Shown: piece after piece, positions 38,871-50,158 of the stretch | Layout of the letters: every line of letters starts with the position of its first letter | Position numbering within the stretch: position 1 is the stretch's first letter | Assembly (NCBI GenBank): GCA_049510745.1 | Contig: JBEKYR010000012.1 | Span: 1 to 64,000, forward strand | Direction: 5' to 3' | DNA length: 64,000 nucleotides | Source: Verrucomicrobiota bacterium | GTDB taxonomy: Bacteria > Verrucomicrobiota > Verrucomicrobiia > Limisphaerales > Palsa-1400 | Position numbers and translations under genes: made by a program | Notes under the pieces: generated by a model | What the model was told of the DNA's origin: nothing | The model's input: the letters and a program-made list of their open reading frames with translations, nothing else | Databases searched by the model: none

Positions 38871-38990
38871 GTACGCAACACAAGCCTCCACGACAACTTA
38901 CGGATTGTGTGTCTTGAGAGGCTGGAAGCCGCTCGGAATTTGGATGGGTAAAACCTGTCGTTTTAGCCAAGGTCCTGCTTAATCTGGGGT

Positions 38991-40016
38991 ATGAAGTTGG
39001 TCCACTGTGCTTGTCTTGCGCTCGTTTTGGCGCTGCTGGGCGGCTCCTGCGTTTCGACGCGGACTGACGTGGCGGCGCCGGGCCGTTACGAGTTTCAACA
39101 GCCGGAAATGGGTGTGCCGTTCCGCATCGTCCTGTATGCGCCGTCGGAGAACGCGGCCCAGGGAGCGGCGGCGGCGGCTTTTCAGCGGGTCAAACAACTG
39201 AACGACATTATGACGGATTACGATTCGGACAGCGAATTGAGCCGTCTGTCGCAAACTTCCGGGCAGGACAAGGAAGTGGAGGTCAGCCCTGATCTTTGGG
39301 TGGTGCTGGAGCGGGCGCAGCAATTGGCCGAACGCAGCCACGGCGCGTTCGATGTGACCGTCGGGCCTTTGGTGAACCTGTGGCGTTTCGCCCGGCGCCA
39401 GGGCGCGCTGCCCGATCCCGCCCGCCTGGCCCGAGCGCGCCTGGCCGTCGGCCACACCAAAATGCGGCTGGACCCGCTGCGCCACAGCGTCAAACTGCTG
39501 GCACCCGAGATGCGGCTGGACTTGGGCGGGATTGCCAAGGGCTACGCGGTCGATCAAGCGCTCCGGACATTGGGCCGCCGCGGCATCACCAGCGCGCTGG
39601 TTTCCGGCGGCGGCGACCTGGCCGTGAGCGGCCCGCCGCCCGGAAAGGACGGCTGGCGCATCGAATTGCCGCCGCTGGACGCGAGCAACGCGCCGCCCGC
39701 GCGATTTGTGCTGTTGTCGCATGCGGGTCTCTCGACGTCCGGGGATCTTTTTCAACGGCTGGAGAGCGGGGGCAAGCGGTATTCGCACATCGTTGATCCG
39801 CGCACAGGGGTGGGGTTGACCGATCACAGCTTGGTGACGGTGATCGCGCCGGACGATTTCACGGCGGACGGGCTGACGAAAGTGGCGAGCGTGCTGCCGC
39901 CGAAAGAAGCGTTGAAATTCATCCGCCAGACGCCGGGGGCCGCCGTGCGGATCGTGCGCCAACCCGGGGCGAAGGTGGAGGTGTACGAAGCGCGTTTCCG
40001 GCGATATTACGAATAG
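38991..40016 (+). CDS. apbE: FAD:protein FMN transferase
   Basis: Lipoprotein-like signal; MG, FDVTVGPL, LDLGGIAKGYAVD, STSG, HIVDPRTG. Confidence 0.92.
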   Translation: MKLVHCACLALVLALLGGSCVSTRTDVAAPGRYEFQQPEMGVPFRIVLYAPSENAAQGAAAAAFQRVKQLNDIMTDYDSDSELSRLSQTSGQDKEVEVSPDLWVVLERAQQLAERSHGAFDVTVGPLVNLWRFARRQGALPDPARLARARLAVGHTKMRLDPLRHSVKLLAPEMRLDLGGIAKGYAVDQALRTLGRRGITSALVSGGGDLAVSGPPPGKDGWRIELPPLDASNAPPARFVLLSHAGLSTSGDLFQRLESGGKRYSHIVDPRTGVGLTDHSLVTVIAPDDFTADGLTKVASVLPPKEALKFIRQTPGAAVRIVRQPGAKVEVYEARFRRYYE

Positions 40017-40164
40017 ATTTTTGAAACAATTTCGCCTCCCGCCGGGTTTTCCAGACAGCCAGACAACGAGAAATGAATGAGGATGTTGTCAATGAAAGTG
40101 GAACTGTTTTGCTTCCGGCCAGGGGCCGGGCGTAAGGTGCGTTCTCGACGGTCGAGCATCGGCC

Positions 40165-40719
40165 ATGACAGACGCCCAACAATTCGAAGCGTTCATGCGA
40201 AAGTACCAAAATATGGTTTTTAGCACCGCCATGCGCTTGGTGGCCCAAACGGCCGAAGCGGAGGACATCTCGCAGGAGGTGTTTCTGCGGGCCTTCGAAC
40301 ACTTCGACGAATTGCGCGAGAACCCGCGCGCGCCGGGCTGGCTCAAAACGGTGGCCGTCAACCTGAGCCTCAATCATCTCTCGCGCTACCGCTCGCGCTG
40401 GAGCTTTTTCTCCGATTTTTTTCATGCCAGCGAATCCGGCGAGACGGCGGAGATCGAGTTTGCCGCGCCGGACAACGTCGAGCAGGACCTGGAGAGGTCG
40501 GAACAGCGCCGGTTGATCGAGCAGGCCCTGCGCCAATTGCCCGCCGCCCAGCGCGTGCCGCTGGCGCTCTTTCATCTGGAGGGCCTGAGATACGAGGAAA
40601 TCGCCGCGCGCCTGGGCGCTTCGCTGGGAAAAGTGAAGACCGATATTTTCCGCGGACGGGAAGCGTTGCGCAAGAGGCTGGAGCCGACGCTGGGCAGAGA
40701 TTGGAGGGGGCAAGCATGA
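40165..40719 (+). CDS. ECF RNA polymerase sigma factor
   Basis: AEDISQEVFLRA region 2; LPAAQR..YEEIA..GKVKT..RGR region 4. Confidence 0.92.
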   Translation: MTDAQQFEAFMRKYQNMVFSTAMRLVAQTAEAEDISQEVFLRAFEHFDELRENPRAPGWLKTVAVNLSLNHLSRYRSRWSFFSDFFHASESGETAEIEFAAPDNVEQDLERSEQRRLIEQALRQLPAAQRVPLALFHLEGLRYEEIAARLGASLGKVKTDIFRGREALRKRLEPTLGRDWRGQA

Positions 40720-41192
40720 AACCCGAATTCGACGCGGAGCTGGAGGCGCAAATCGACCGCCACTTGAAAGACCTGCCGGACCTGGCCGCCCCGCCCGGAT
40801 TGGTCGCGCGGACGATGAACGCCCTGGCGCGGCCGGCCCCGGCGCGGTGGCAGGCGCGGCCGTGGCCGGAGTGGCCCGCCGGGTGGCGCGTGGCGTTTTT
40901 AGTTTTGACTTGCGGCGTCCTGGGGACGGTGTTCCTGGGCTGGCGGGCGGCGGCCCCGCAACTGGCGGCCGTCACGCTGCCCCGGCTCTCGCATTGGGCG
41001 GCCGCCGCCGGGTGTGTTTGGAACACCCTGGGCGCGCTGGCGGGGGCGGTCACGCTGGTGGCGCGGCATTTCGGCAACGGCTTCGTGCTGGCCTGCCTGG
41101 TGGCGGGGGCGATGGCCTACGCGGCCTGCATCGGATTCGGCACATTGGTAATCCGCTTCGCATTCGCGCCGGCGGGAAGATATCGCTTATGA
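40716..41192 (+). CDS. Putative membrane anti-sigma factor
   Basis: ATGA-coupled to the ECF gene; LKDLPDLAAPP then TM helices. Confidence 0.7.
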   Translation: MKPEFDAELEAQIDRHLKDLPDLAAPPGLVARTMNALARPAPARWQARPWPEWPAGWRVAFLVLTCGVLGTVFLGWRAAAPQLAAVTLPRLSHWAAAAGCVWNTLGALAGAVTLVARHFGNGFVLACLVAGAMAYAACIGFGTLVIRFAFAPAGRYRL

Positions 41193-42691
41193 AAATCGCG
41201 AAAATGATTCACTCATCGCTGGCCGCGGCGCTCGGCCTGCTGCTCGTGGCTCCCGGCGCCCTGAACGCGGCGGAAACCGTAGAGGCCGAGGCGTCCACCA
41301 ACGGTCCCGCCGCCGCGCCAACGAAAACAAAAATCCATCATGACGCGCTGGTGTTCATTGGGCAGGACGCCGAGTTGAAGGCCGGAGAATCGGCGGAAGC
41401 CGTGGTCGTCATCGGCGGCTCGGCCAAAGTGCTCGGGGATGTGGATGAGAATGTGGTTGTCATTGGCGGCGATGCGGAGGTGCGGGGCGATGTCGGCGGC
41501 AACGTCGTGACCATCATGGGCAACGCGCATCTCGGCCCGAAGGCGGCGGTGCATGGGGATTTGGTGTCCGTGGGAGGCAGATTCACTTTGGCCGACGGCG
41601 CGACGGTCGGGGGACACACGCAGGAAGTGGGCATTGGCGCCGGGCCGGCCGGTGTTCTGCGGGCGCAATGGCTGAGGACATGGTTCCGGGATTGCGTGAT
41701 GGAACTGCGCCCGCTGGCGCCCGGTGTGGGGTGGCTCTGGTGGATCGCCGGGACATTATTCCTGGTCTATTGGTTGATTGCCGTCCTGTTTCCCCATCCG
41801 GTGCAATGTTGCGTCAACCAGCTCTCGGCCCGTCCGGCCACGACGCTGGCCGTGGGCATCCTGGCGAAGTTGGCGATGCCGTTCGTCTTTGTGCTTTTGT
41901 TGTTTACATGCGTCGGCATCTTGGTGATTCCGTTTGTCGTCGCGGCGGGGTTGTTGGCGCTGCTGGTGGGGAAGGTGGCGATATTGCAATACCTGGGCGG
42001 CAGGCTGGGGAGTCCTTTTGGCCTGAAACCCGCCCAAGCGCCCGTGTTCGCGTTTGTCATCGGGGCAGTTTTAATCACGTTACTCTACATGGTGCCGATC
42101 ATAGGGCTGCTCACACTGATAGGCGTGAGCCTCTGGGGATATGGGGCGGCGGTGACGGCCATCTGCGTGGCAATGCGGCGCGAGACGCCGCCCCCCGCGC
42201 CCATGCCGCCGCTGGGATTTGTTGCGCCCGGCCCGGGCGAGGGCTTCTCCGCGCAGGCAGCGCCGCCCGTGGGGGCGGCGGCGGCCGGGCCGGCCATCAG
42301 CCTGCCCCAGGCGCTGGCCTTTCCGCGGGCGGGATTTTGGGAACGGATGGGGGCCGGTTTTCTTGACATGGCTGTGATCTGTTTGAGCGCGGCCCTAGCC
42401 GGCCCGTTTGCCTCCCTGGTGGGCGTGGCCTATTTCACCGGGATGTGGGCGTGGAAGGGAACGACGGTGGGAGGGATCGTGCTCAATTTGCAAGTGGTGC
42501 GGCAGGATGGGCAGCCGCTGAGTTTTCTGGCCGCTTTTGTGCGGTGTGTGGCGGCGGTGTTTTCAGCCCTGGTGCTCTTCCTGGGCTTCTTCTGGATAGG
42601 TTGGGATCGTGAAAAGCAGGGCTGGCACGACAAGATCGCGGGCACGGTCGTGGTCCGCCTGCCCAGACCGATCTCCCTGGTCTGCCTCTGA
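41189..42691 (+). CDS. Membrane protein with beta-helix repeats and C-terminal RDD domain
   Basis: VVIGG..GDV repeats; about 5 TM; AGFWERMGAGFLD..QGWHDKIAGTVVV. Confidence 0.85.
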   Translation: MKIAKMIHSSLAAALGLLLVAPGALNAAETVEAEASTNGPAAAPTKTKIHHDALVFIGQDAELKAGESAEAVVVIGGSAKVLGDVDENVVVIGGDAEVRGDVGGNVVTIMGNAHLGPKAAVHGDLVSVGGRFTLADGATVGGHTQEVGIGAGPAGVLRAQWLRTWFRDCVMELRPLAPGVGWLWWIAGTLFLVYWLIAVLFPHPVQCCVNQLSARPATTLAVGILAKLAMPFVFVLLLFTCVGILVIPFVVAAGLLALLVGKVAILQYLGGRLGSPFGLKPAQAPVFAFVIGAVLITLLYMVPIIGLLTLIGVSLWGYGAAVTAICVAMRRETPPPAPMPPLGFVAPGPGEGFSAQAAPPVGAAAAGPAISLPQALAFPRAGFWERMGAGFLDMAVICLSAALAGPFASLVGVAYFTGMWAWKGTTVGGIVLNLQVVRQDGQPLSFLAAFVRCVAAVFSALVLFLGFFWIGWDREKQGWHDKIAGTVVVRLPRPISLVCL

Positions 42692-42725
42692 ACCTGCGAT
42701 CACGGCTTGGCGGGGACCCGCCTCG

Positions 42726-45700
42726 TCAGTCGGATTTCACCCGGATGAAGAGGGCGCGGGTGTTGGGCGGAATCGGCGTCGAAATGGTCTGAGTGGAGTT
42801 GCTGCCCATGACCGTGCCGGAAACACTCCAGGAACGGGAGGCCAGATTGGTGCTGGTCTGGATCGTATAAAGAACACTGGAGGCGCCAAAGAAGGAAAAC
42901 TGGACGTTCGTTCCGACCCGCTGCGGGTTGAGCAGGGTGACGGGTGAGGCCACCGGCGATTCGGTGATTTTAGCCAGCAGTCCGCCCGTGGTGGAGAAGA
43001 ACGCGACGCCGGTGCCGTAGTAATACAAGTAACCGTCGCTGTAAACGGAGTTGGTGCCGAATTGGGCCGGCAGATTGACTTGAACGATTTTGTTGAAACC
43101 ACTGGCCCAGACGCCGTCGGACGCGGCCGCGATGCCGCGGAAGTTGGCCTCGTAAGGGGAAACTCCATTGAGCGCCCAAAGCGGGTTGCCGTTGCGGTCA
43201 AACTTGGCCACAAAGGGCTGGGAGAAATAATTGGAGCCGAGGTCGTTTTGGTAGTACTCCGGAGCGGCGATGAGATCGTTGCCGAAGTAGGAGAAATTGT
43301 CAAAGTCGCCGCTGACGTAAACGCCGGAGGCGTTGGCGGCCGAAGCCCAGGGCATGGTGGTGGCGCCGCCGAAGGTGGAGGCCACCTGAGCGTTGCCGTT
43401 GGTGTCGTAACGCGCGAAGTATTGCGCGCGTCCGCCCGGCAAGGAAACGGAAAGGCTGCCGAAGACGGCGGTGGAGCCGTAAGCGGTGCCGGTGAGGAAG
43501 ACATCCGATCCCGCCACAGAAAGCAGCGGAAAATCGTCGTCGATGCCAGCTTGTTTTGCGGCGTACTGCTCGCCGACGCCGCGCAGCCAGAGCGGCTGGC
43601 CGGTGGAGGCGTTGAGGGCAGCCAGTCCGTAGGCGCGATCGGTGAGGTTGGAAAGAGAGCCGATGCTGAGGTTGGTCACGCCGCCGGAGGAGGAAGCGAT
43701 CATGGAAAGGTAAATTTGTCCGCCGCCGCAAGCCAGATTCACCGGGAAATCGGGCAGGACCGATGCCCAGCGGACCACGCCGTTGGCATCGTATTGAGCG
43801 AGGAATCCCATCTGACCGGGGGCCGTAAGATTGGTTCCGCCGAAATCGACGGTTCCGGACATGATGCCCGCGACGGTGACATTGCCGGCGGCGTCGGAAA
43901 CGAGGGTGTTGTAGAGGTCGAAGACGCCGTTGGTTTTGCCAATGAATCTGGACCAGATGTTGCTGCCGCCGGCATCGAAGCGGGAGAGCAGAAGGGAGGC
44001 GCCGCCAGTGTTGGAGAATTGGTTGGATCCCAGCCAGTTGGTGCCGAAGAGAACAGCGGCCAAATAAGCGCCGTTTGCGGGAGCCGGCGCGACGCAGAGG
44101 GCATAGCTGTAGCTGGCAAGCTGGTTATTGGTCAGGCCAGCGACCCAGAGCGGTTTGCCATCGGGGTCGTATTTGACCAGCGCGGCGCCGCCGTAGGTTC
44201 CAAGCGCGGTCAGAGTATTGAGGGTGACGAAGTTGGTTTCGACGTTCACATTTCCAATATACTGGTCGGCGGCATAGACATCTCCCGCCGAATCCACCGC
44301 GCAGCCGCCATAGTAATCGCTGATCACGTTGGTCCCGTCGTCGGCGGCATAGAGCGGAGACTTGACGGCGACCGACCAGCCGGGCGGCAACGGGGCGCTG
44401 ACGAAAGTGACAGCGGCCGTGAGGGTGGTGGCCGAGCCGGCCAGATTGGTGGCCACGGCGTAATAGCTTCCGGCCACTCCGGGAGCGCCGGAGTTGGTGG
44501 GAATGTAGAAGGAACTGGTCGCGCCGGAGATCGCGCCGACGCCGACTTGGTACCATTGCCAGGTTGGAGGGGGATTGCCGGTGGCGCTGGCGGAAAGCCA
44601 GACCGGGTATCCGGAATAGTTGGTCTGGCTGAACGGATTCAAGGTAATAACGGGAAGCGTGTCGGGGGCATAACTCACTTCATCCAAAAATGCCGCTTGG
44701 GTGGGATCGGTGTCACCATCGGCGAAGACCGTCCAGTCCAACGTATGCTGGCCGGCGGGAATGGGGAAAGGACCGTCCTGATACCAGGAATTATCGCCGT
44801 AAATCGAATCCACATTATTATTGAGAGCATCGCCGTCCAGGTAGAATTCGCAATAGAAGCCGCTGCTGGGGTCGTTGGCGATGCTCGACCAATAAAAGGT
44901 AAGCGTTCCCGGTCCGGTGACGGTGGCTGAGATGGTCGAAGATTGAGAATTGGTCACACTGCCGCTTTGCGCGGCGGAGACGCCGTCTTGCGTGTTGGTG
45001 GTTTCAACGAACCAGGAGGCATCGCCGAAGGTGGCCCAGTTGAGATTGGTCGCATTGAGCGCCTGCCCCAGCAAATTGAGAGGCGAGACCGGGATATTGG
45101 TGACGATTTGGCCGGGATTCTGGAAAAGATAAAGCGCGTTGCTGTCGCCGATCGCCCCGTCGTAGATTTGCAGGTCGTCCACGACGCCGACGAATCCGGC
45201 AAAGGAACTCCAGTTGAAATCGAGGGTCAGCCCGCCGCAGTTGGCCAGCAGATTGGTCCCGCCGAGGTCCTGGTTGTCCAAGACGCCGTTGACGTAGATT
45301 TTGCGCGTGCCCGATGGCAGGTCGCGCGTGACCACCAGATGGACGAACGAGCCGGTGTTGATGGACGCCGTGGAATGCAGCGTCGTCTGGCTGTCGCCGG
45401 TGTAAAAAGCCAGTTTGCCGCCCGTTTGTGCCATGGGAATGCAATCATTGGTGCTGTCGCCGTTGTTGACGGCCGAAAAGAGGCCCGCGCCGCTGGTGGC
45501 GGCGTCGGTGTCGTTGCCGAAGAGGTTGGTCGTCTCCAGCCAGACGGCGACGGAAAAGCTTCCCTCGATGGCCGACACAACCGGCTGCGGCAGGTCCAGC
45601 CAATTGTCGCCGGGGCAGAGCAGCGCCTCGCCGCCCTCGACGCTGTAGTTGGTGTAAGTCAGCGCGGCGGGGCCATCCCAAGCGCTGCCGTTGGAATCAT

Positions 45701-46523
45701 TTCCGTTGCCAGAACTGTCAGCGCCGAGATTATTCGTGTTATCGAAGGTGTAACGGGCGACCAGCGGGGGCGGTGCGCCGACAAAAAAGCGGGACGAATC
45801 GGACACGTGCAACCCGCCGGTGCCGTCCCAATTGGTCATCGGCTGGCCCAGGGAGTTGGTCGGGGTGGAGAGCACGATTTTGGCCGTGGGAGCATAATAA
45901 TTGACATCCAGGCTGTTGAAGCCGTAGGGCAATAGGTCGTAAGGCGTCCAATTGTTGGTTGTCAGCGGCAGGTCGGCCCCGTCATAGAACGAGTAGTTGT
46001 CATTATGCGCATCGACCTGCAGGTCGGAGAAATTGGTCGGGCCGGTCCAGACACACAACGGCTGCGAGGCAACGTCCACCGCGCCATTGGCCGGGGAGGA
46101 AATCAGCACATCGGGCAGGTCATTGGTCGTCAGGCCGTTGAGAGAAACGGTGAAGTAATTGGTTTGTGGCGAGCCGGAGCCTGCATTGATGACGAGGGTC
46201 CAAAGGCCGTTGGTAAACTCAGTGAGGACGTTGCTGATGTTGTTGGGAAAAGCCCATCCGCCGCTGGTGCCGCCCGGGCCGATGCTCGCGGTGTAGAGGC
46301 CGTTGGGGGAGGTTATTTGGTCGTAGGTGATGGGTGTGTTGGTGCTGCTCAAATCCAAGTCGGCGCCAAAAAACAAATTGCCTTCCTGAGTCGAGCCGGA
46401 TTTGCTCGCGCGCAACAGAAAGCTGATCTGGTCGGCCCGGACGCATTGCGCCAGGACAAAAATGAGGATGGGGAGAAGGAACGAGCGCCAACCGGCGCCA
46501 GTTCCGCGGAGGGAATGCTTCAT
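42726..46523 (-). CDS. Large secreted multidomain protein (LamG-like, Ig-like, beta-propeller-like repeats)
   Basis: Signal peptide; YTFD..HLVVT..IYVNG..DDLQIY (LamG); ATGNPPPTWQWY..GSYYAVATN (Ig); KYD.DG..LW repeats. Confidence 0.85.
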   Translation of the reverse strand: MKHSLRGTGAGWRSFLLPILIFVLAQCVRADQISFLLRASKSGSTQEGNLFFGADLDLSSTNTPITYDQITSPNGLYTASIGPGGTSGGWAFPNNISNVLTEFTNGLWTLVINAGSGSPQTNYFTVSLNGLTTNDLPDVLISSPANGAVDVASQPLCVWTGPTNFSDLQVDAHNDNYSFYDGADLPLTTNNWTPYDLLPYGFNSLDVNYYAPTAKIVLSTPTNSLGQPMTNWDGTGGLHVSDSSRFFVGAPPPLVARYTFDNTNNLGADSSGNGNDSNGSAWDGPAALTYTNYSVEGGEALLCPGDNWLDLPQPVVSAIEGSFSVAVWLETTNLFGNDTDAATSGAGLFSAVNNGDSTNDCIPMAQTGGKLAFYTGDSQTTLHSTASINTGSFVHLVVTRDLPSGTRKIYVNGVLDNQDLGGTNLLANCGGLTLDFNWSSFAGFVGVVDDLQIYDGAIGDSNALYLFQNPGQIVTNIPVSPLNLLGQALNATNLNWATFGDASWFVETTNTQDGVSAAQSGSVTNSQSSTISATVTGPGTLTFYWSSIANDPSSGFYCEFYLDGDALNNNVDSIYGDNSWYQDGPFPIPAGQHTLDWTVFADGDTDPTQAAFLDEVSYAPDTLPVITLNPFSQTNYSGYPVWLSASATGNPPPTWQWYQVGVGAISGATSSFYIPTNSGAPGVAGSYYAVATNLAGSATTLTAAVTFVSAPLPPGWSVAVKSPLYAADDGTNVISDYYGGCAVDSAGDVYAADQYIGNVNVETNFVTLNTLTALGTYGGAALVKYDPDGKPLWVAGLTNNQLASYSYALCVAPAPANGAYLAAVLFGTNWLGSNQFSNTGGASLLLSRFDAGGSNIWSRFIGKTNGVFDLYNTLVSDAAGNVTVAGIMSGTVDFGGTNLTAPGQMGFLAQYDANGVVRWASVLPDFPVNLACGGGQIYLSMIASSSGGVTNLSIGSLSNLTDRAYGLAALNASTGQPLWLRGVGEQYAAKQAGIDDDFPLLSVAGSDVFLTGTAYGSTAVFGSLSVSLPGGRAQYFARYDTNGNAQVASTFGGATTMPWASAANASGVYVSGDFDNFSYFGNDLIAAPEYYQNDLGSNYFSQPFVAKFDRNGNPLWALNGVSPYEANFRGIAAASDGVWASGFNKIVQVNLPAQFGTNSVYSDGYLYYYGTGVAFFSTTGGLLAKITESPVASPVTLLNPQRVGTNVQFSFFGASSVLYTIQTSTNLASRSWSVSGTVMGSNSTQTISTPIPPNTRALFIRVKSD

Positions 46524-46802
46524 AGGCAAGGGATGTGATATTGGTTTATTCAAAACGACGCGATACACAATTCCGATTTTAACTCCCCTCTGTAACCTGG
46601 AATCGCCCGTTTGTCAATGAAAATGCCCTCTGTCGGCGCTCATGACTGCCACCACCGTCAGAGGGGTCGAGCCTGGCCTGCAAGAACCCTCGCTCCCTCA
46701 AGAAACTCCGGAGGCTGCGCCACTCCCTCGTTCATCGCAAACCCAGCGCCGCAAACAAATCTTGCTCAGAAGCCGGCAGAGGCCTTATCGTTGCCTTGGT
46801 TT

Positions 46803-46896
46803 TGCCAGGGCCCATGGAATGTGGACTTACGAACCCCGCGAGGGCAGGAATGCAGCAACGGCAGTTTGCTCCGCATCCGCCGTGGTCACCCTGGCA
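46803..46896 (+). ncRNA. ffs: Signal recognition particle RNA (small bacterial type)
   Basis: Closing stem TGCCAGGG/CCCTGGCA; helix-8-like GAACCCCGCGAGG-GCA-GGAA-TGC-AGCAACGG; immediately upstream of dnaX. Confidence 0.8.
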
Positions 46897-46917
46897 TTTC
46901 CCCTGTTTTCAAGTGAC

Positions 46918-48588
<1,671 letters not shown>

Positions 48589-48608
48589 ACCGCAAACCCA
48601 AAACCCCT

Positions 48609-48920
48609 ATGTCCAGCATCGGAAAACTCGTCAAGCAGGCTGCCCGGATGCAGCAACAGATGGAACAAATCCAGGCCCAACTGGCCCTTCGCACCGTCGA
48701 AGCCGCCAGCGGCGGCGGCGCCGTCAAGGTCGTGGCCAAGTGCGACGGCTCGATCGCGTCGATCAAGATAAACCCGCAAGCCATCAACCCCGCCGACGCC
48801 CAATTGCTCGAAGATATGATTGTCACAGCCGCCAATTCCGCCCTCGACCAGGCCCGGCAGATTTCGTCGGCGGAAATGGGCAAAGCCACCCAGGGTTTTA
48901 ATCTGCCTGGGATGATGTGA
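48609..48920 (+). CDS. ybaB: YbaB/EbfC nucleoid-associated protein
   Basis: KQAARMQ, SGGGAVKV, LEDMI..AANSA; between dnaX and recR. Confidence 0.93.
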   Translation: MSSIGKLVKQAARMQQQMEQIQAQLALRTVEAASGGGAVKVVAKCDGSIASIKINPQAINPADAQLLEDMIVTAANSALDQARQISSAEMGKATQGFNLPGMM

Positions 48921-48924
48921 TCGC

Positions 48925-49521
48925 GTGCCGCTGCCCGAAGCCATCACCACGTTGAGCGAAGCCCTGGGCCGCCTGCCAGGAATCGGCCCGCGCTCGGCCG
49001 AGCGCCTGGCATTGCATATCGCGCAAAGCGATGCCGACGCCGTCCGCCAACTGGCCCAGGCTCTTGTCCAGGCGCGGGAACGCATCCGGGCCTGTTCGGT
49101 TTGCGGGGCGCTGACCGAGGGGCAGACCTGCGCGATCTGCGCCGACCCGCGCCGCGATGGCTCCATTCTGTGCGTGGTCGAACGGCCGCTCGATGTGTTC
49201 GCCCTCGAAAAAGCGGGCAGTTTCCGCGGCAAGTACCATGTCCTGGGCGGAAAAATTTCGCCGCTCAACGGAGTCGAACCGGAAGACCTGCGGCTGGCGG
49301 AATTGGAAGCGCGCCTGGCCGGCGTGCAAGAGGTGATCGTGGCCTTGAGCACCGACGTAGAGGGCGACGCCACCAGTTTTTATCTCGGCAAACGCCTGGC
49401 CGGAAAAGGGCCGAAACTGACCCGCATCGCCCACGGTCTTCCGGCGGGCGCCGGGGTGGAGTTCGCCGACGAAGTCACCCTCAGCCTGGCCCTGGAGGGC
49501 CGGCGCGAATTGGCCCCGTGA
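48925..49521 (+). CDS. recR: Recombination mediator RecR
   Basis: LPGIGPRSAERLA, C4 zinc finger, YHVLGG, TOPRIM EGDAT. Confidence 0.96.
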   Translation: MPLPEAITTLSEALGRLPGIGPRSAERLALHIAQSDADAVRQLAQALVQARERIRACSVCGALTEGQTCAICADPRRDGSILCVVERPLDVFALEKAGSFRGKYHVLGGKISPLNGVEPEDLRLAELEARLAGVQEVIVALSTDVEGDATSFYLGKRLAGKGPKLTRIAHGLPAGAGVEFADEVTLSLALEGRRELAP

Positions 49522-49534
49522 GAATTCAGCCAGC

Positions 49535-50158
49535 ATGAAAGAGTCGCCGGCCGTGGTTTTTGATTTGGGCAAAGTGTTGGTCGATTTCGATTACACCATC
49601 TCGGCCGCCAGGTTCGCCCGCCGCAGCCGGTTCACCCCGCCGCAGGTGCGGCAATTGCTGGACCATTCGCCCCTGCTCTACCGCTTCGAGACCGGCGTGC
49701 TGTCCGAGACGGAATTCTTCGGCGAAGTTTGCGCAGCCTGCGGATTTTCAGGCAGTTTGTCCGAATTTTGCGAGATTTTTGCCGACATTTTTTCGGAAAT
49801 CAAACCCATGACCGCGATGCAGGCCGCGCTCCGGTCCAACAAGGTCCCCACTTACATCTTCTCCAACACCAACGGCATCGCCGTCCGGCACATTCGCAAA
49901 AAGTTTCCGTTCTTCGCCCATTTCGACGGCTACATTTTCTCCTACGAGCAGGGCGCGATGAAGCCCGAGGCGAAAATCTACCAAGCCCTCGAGCACCTGA
50001 CCGGCCGGACCGCAGAGGGGATCATCTATCTGGACGACCGGGCCGAAAATGTCCAGGCGGGTCTGGCCCGGGGCTGGCGCGCGATGTTGCACCAAACGCC
50101 GGAACAAACCATTGCGGCCCTGCGCCAGTTGGGCCTGCCCGTGGACCTCAACCCTTGA
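49535..50158 (+). CDS. HAD-family phosphatase
   Basis: FDLGKVLVD, FSNTN, KP, LDDRAEN. Confidence 0.9.
   Translation: MKESPAVVFDLGKVLVDFDYTISAARFARRSRFTPPQVRQLLDHSPLLYRFETGVLSETEFFGEVCAACGFSGSLSEFCEIFADIFSEIKPMTAMQAALRSNKVPTYIFSNTNGIAVRHIRKKFPFFAHFDGYIFSYEQGAMKPEAKIYQALEHLTGRTAEGIIYLDDRAENVQAGLARGWRAMLHQTPEQTIAALRQLGLPVDLNP

Noticed and set aside
46640..46730. SAM-I riboswitch or tRNA
   Set aside because: Lacks SAM-I core elements and a T-loop GTTC/cloverleaf; the downstream gene is not methionine related
46642..46917. N-terminal extension of DnaX
   Set aside because: Overlaps the SRP RNA; the conserved start MSYQVIARKYRP is at 46918
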